From positions 1-18,464 of the forward strand of contig JBDRBK010000190.1 of the NCBI GenBank assembly GCA_043822705.1: 18,464 nt of DNA, given 5' to 3'. Below are positions 16,797 through 18,464 of the stretch, one piece after another; the first letter of the stretch is position 1, and each line of letters starts with the position of its first letter. The stretch is from Fidelibacterota bacterium. GTDB lineage: Bacteria > Fidelibacterota > Marinisomatia > Marinisomatales > TCS56. The notes under the pieces were generated by a model, which saw only the letters and a program-made list of their open reading frames with translations, did no database searches and was not told the origin of the DNA. Both the position numbers and the translations under genes were made by a program.

Positions 16797-18149
16797 ATGA
16801 ATATGAAAGAAAAAATCAAGATACTGGTGATCGAGGACGATCCAACGCTGTGTGACGGTATCGTTACCGTCCTGCGCAAAGCCGGATATCAGGTCAGCGC
16901 CGCCCGGGACGGCGCCGCCGGCAGTCAGCAGTTCCGCCGCGAGCGCCCGGACCTGGTCCTGACCGATCTCAAATTACCTCAGAAAAGCGGCATGCAGTTG
17001 TTGAACGAATTTCTGGCGGTCGACCCTGACCTGCCGGTGATCCTGATTTCGGCTTTTGGTACGATCGATCTGGCGGTCAGCGCCCTGCAATCCGGTGCCC
17101 GCGACTTTATCCCGAAACCGTTTTCCATTGCCGAACTTAAAAACAAGGTCGGTCTGGCCCTGCGGGAGCGGCTGGCGGTGGACACACCAGCCGCAGCCGA
17201 TGATACTTTTCATGGACTGGTGGGCTCATCGCCGGCCATGCGGCTGATTTACGATCAAATCCATCAGTTGGCGCGGGTGGACAGTTCGGTGTTGATTAGC
17301 GGCGAGAGTGGCACCGGCAAGGAATTGGTGGCGCGGGCGATCCACAATGAAAGCGCCCGCTGCCGTCAGCGGTTTCTGGCGGTCAATTGCGGCGCCCTGA
17401 CCGATACGCTGTTAGAAAGTGAATTGTTCGGTCATGAAAAAGGCGCCTTCACCGGTGCCGTCGGCCGCCACAGCGGAATCTTTGAACAGGCCCATGGCGG
17501 CACGATCCTGTTGGACGAAATCGGGGAAATTTCCACCGCTATGCAGGTCAAGCTGCTGCGGGTACTGCAGCGCCAGGTATTTCAGCGCGTCGGCGGTGTC
17601 GATGAAATCCGCACGGATGTCCGCATTATTGCCGCCACCAACCGCAATTTGAAAGCGGCCCTGGATCAGAAAACCTTTCGCGAAGACCTGTATTTCCGGC
17701 TGAATGTACTACCGCTGCAACTGCCGGCTTTGCGCGAACGGCCCACCGATATTCCGGAGTTGATTAAATATATTTCCGGGCGCAAGGCAGTCACCCTGGG
17801 GCGCAATCAACCACTGTTCACGGAAGGTGCGCTGGCAGCCTTGCAGCGCTATTCCTGGCCGGGGAACATCCGTGAACTGGAGAATTTCCTGGAACGGCTG
17901 CTGATCTTCACGGAAGAAGACCGGATCGGCGAAGTGGCGATCTGCCTCGATCAGCCGCTGGCGGCGGAACCGGTGCCGGCCGGAAAACTAATCGAAGTAT
18001 TGGAAAATACCGAGGTGGCGCTGATCAAACAAGCGCTGGCGGAGTGCGCTGGCGTCAAGCAACGGGCCGCCCGGCAACTGGGAATCAAGACCAGCGCGCT
18101 GTATTATAAAATGGAAAAATATGGTCTCAGGGAGCAAGCGGAAGACTAA
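16797..18149 (+). CDS. Sigma-54-dependent response regulator (NtrC/ZraR/AtoC family)
   Basis: Receiver domain (IEDD, LTDLKLP, KP); AAA+ domain with [39 protein letters not shown] and WPGNIREL; C-terminal Fis-type HTH. The start may be 16803. Confidence 0.95.
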   Translation: MNMKEKIKILVIEDDPTLCDGIVTVLRKAGYQVSAARDGAAGSQQFRRERPDLVLTDLKLPQKSGMQLLNEFLAVDPDLPVILISAFGTIDLAVSALQSGARDFIPKPFSIAELKNKVGLALRERLAVDTPAAADDTFHGLVGSSPAMRLIYDQIHQLARVDSSVLISGESGTGKELVARAIHNESARCRQRFLAVNCGALTDTLLESELFGHEKGAFTGAVGRHSGIFEQAHGGTILLDEIGEISTAMQVKLLRVLQRQVFQRVGGVDEIRTDVRIIAATNRNLKAALDQKTFREDLYFRLNVLPLQLPALRERPTDIPELIKYISGRKAVTLGRNQPLFTEGALAALQRYSWPGNIRELENFLERLLIFTEEDRIGEVAICLDQPLAAEPVPAGKLIEVLENTEVALIKQALAECAGVKQRAARQLGIKTSALYYKMEKYGLREQAED

Positions 18150-18464
18150 TGTCAGGCTTTCGACAAACATTTTCGTTTTTCGCAATTTCATCCGCGACAA
18201 TAGTCGCCGAAATATTGCTGGTGGCCATCCTCGCCGGCTGTTTTCCGACCGCCAGCGACGACAGCCGCCAGGAGCTGGATTTGGCTTTCGGGCAAGCCGA
18301 TACGCTGGCCGATGGAATTACCATTCTGCGGTTTGCCGGACTGCTGGAGGATTCCCGCTGCCCGGTGGGCGTTGAATGCTTCTGGGAGGGGAACGGTCGC
18401 GTTATGATTGCCGCCACCCGGGGTACCGGCGACAGTGCCGATCTGGAATTGAATACCGCGCTGG
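18149..18464 (+). CDS. Putative lipoprotein, 3' end outside the window (not in the ORF track)
   Basis: The ATG overlaps the regulator stop (TAATG) and the frame is open to the window end: [105 protein letters not shown]. It has a LAGC lipobox and a DSRCP-x4-C-x-WEG motif. Confidence 0.78.
   Translation, partial: MSGFRQTFSFFAISSATIVAEILLVAILAGCFPTASDDSRQELDLAFGQADTLADGITILRFAGLLEDSRCPVGVECFWEGNGRVMIAATRGTGDSADLELNTAL

Noticed and set aside
15428..18149. Calling the two-component system NtrB/NtrC because glnA is in the window
   Set aside because: The kinase is membrane-bound with a HAMP domain, whereas NtrB is cytoplasmic with PAS. It is 11 kb from glnA, and I saw no -24/-12 promoter upstream of glnA.

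Overview
This is a bacterial chromosomal window of moderately high GC, with all 16 credible genes on the + strand. In order they are: a 5'-truncated MrfA/YprA (Hrq1-like) DEAH helicase with a C-terminal 4-Cys domain; an Lrp/AsnC regulator and a short type I glutamine synthetase (glnA) followed by an intrinsic terminator; a secreted Staphylococcus/Geobacillus-type lipase; an S9 peptidase; a HAD phosphatase; a RimJ/RimL GNAT; an MrfB/YprB DEDDh exonuclease coupled to a PlsC acyltransferase; an 851-aa bitopic membrane protein with two Cys-containing DamX/SPOR-like domains; a small membrane protein; a DJ-1/YajL protein; a second HAD; a HAMP histidine kinase; a sigma-54 response regulator; and a 3'-truncated lipoprotein absent from the ORF track. 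I saw no mobile element, CRISPR array, tRNA or rRNA. Most of the content is ordinary housekeeping. The best leads are (i) an unassigned, G.U-rich, multi-stem RNA candidate of about 175 nt (11074-11248) upstream of the DamX-like gene, (ii) the unusual tandem-SPOR protein itself, (iii) mrfA and mrfB separated by about 6.8 kb, and (iv) an Lrp-glnA unit with a possibly leaderless promoter. All calls come from reading motifs by eye; no searches or folding programs were run.
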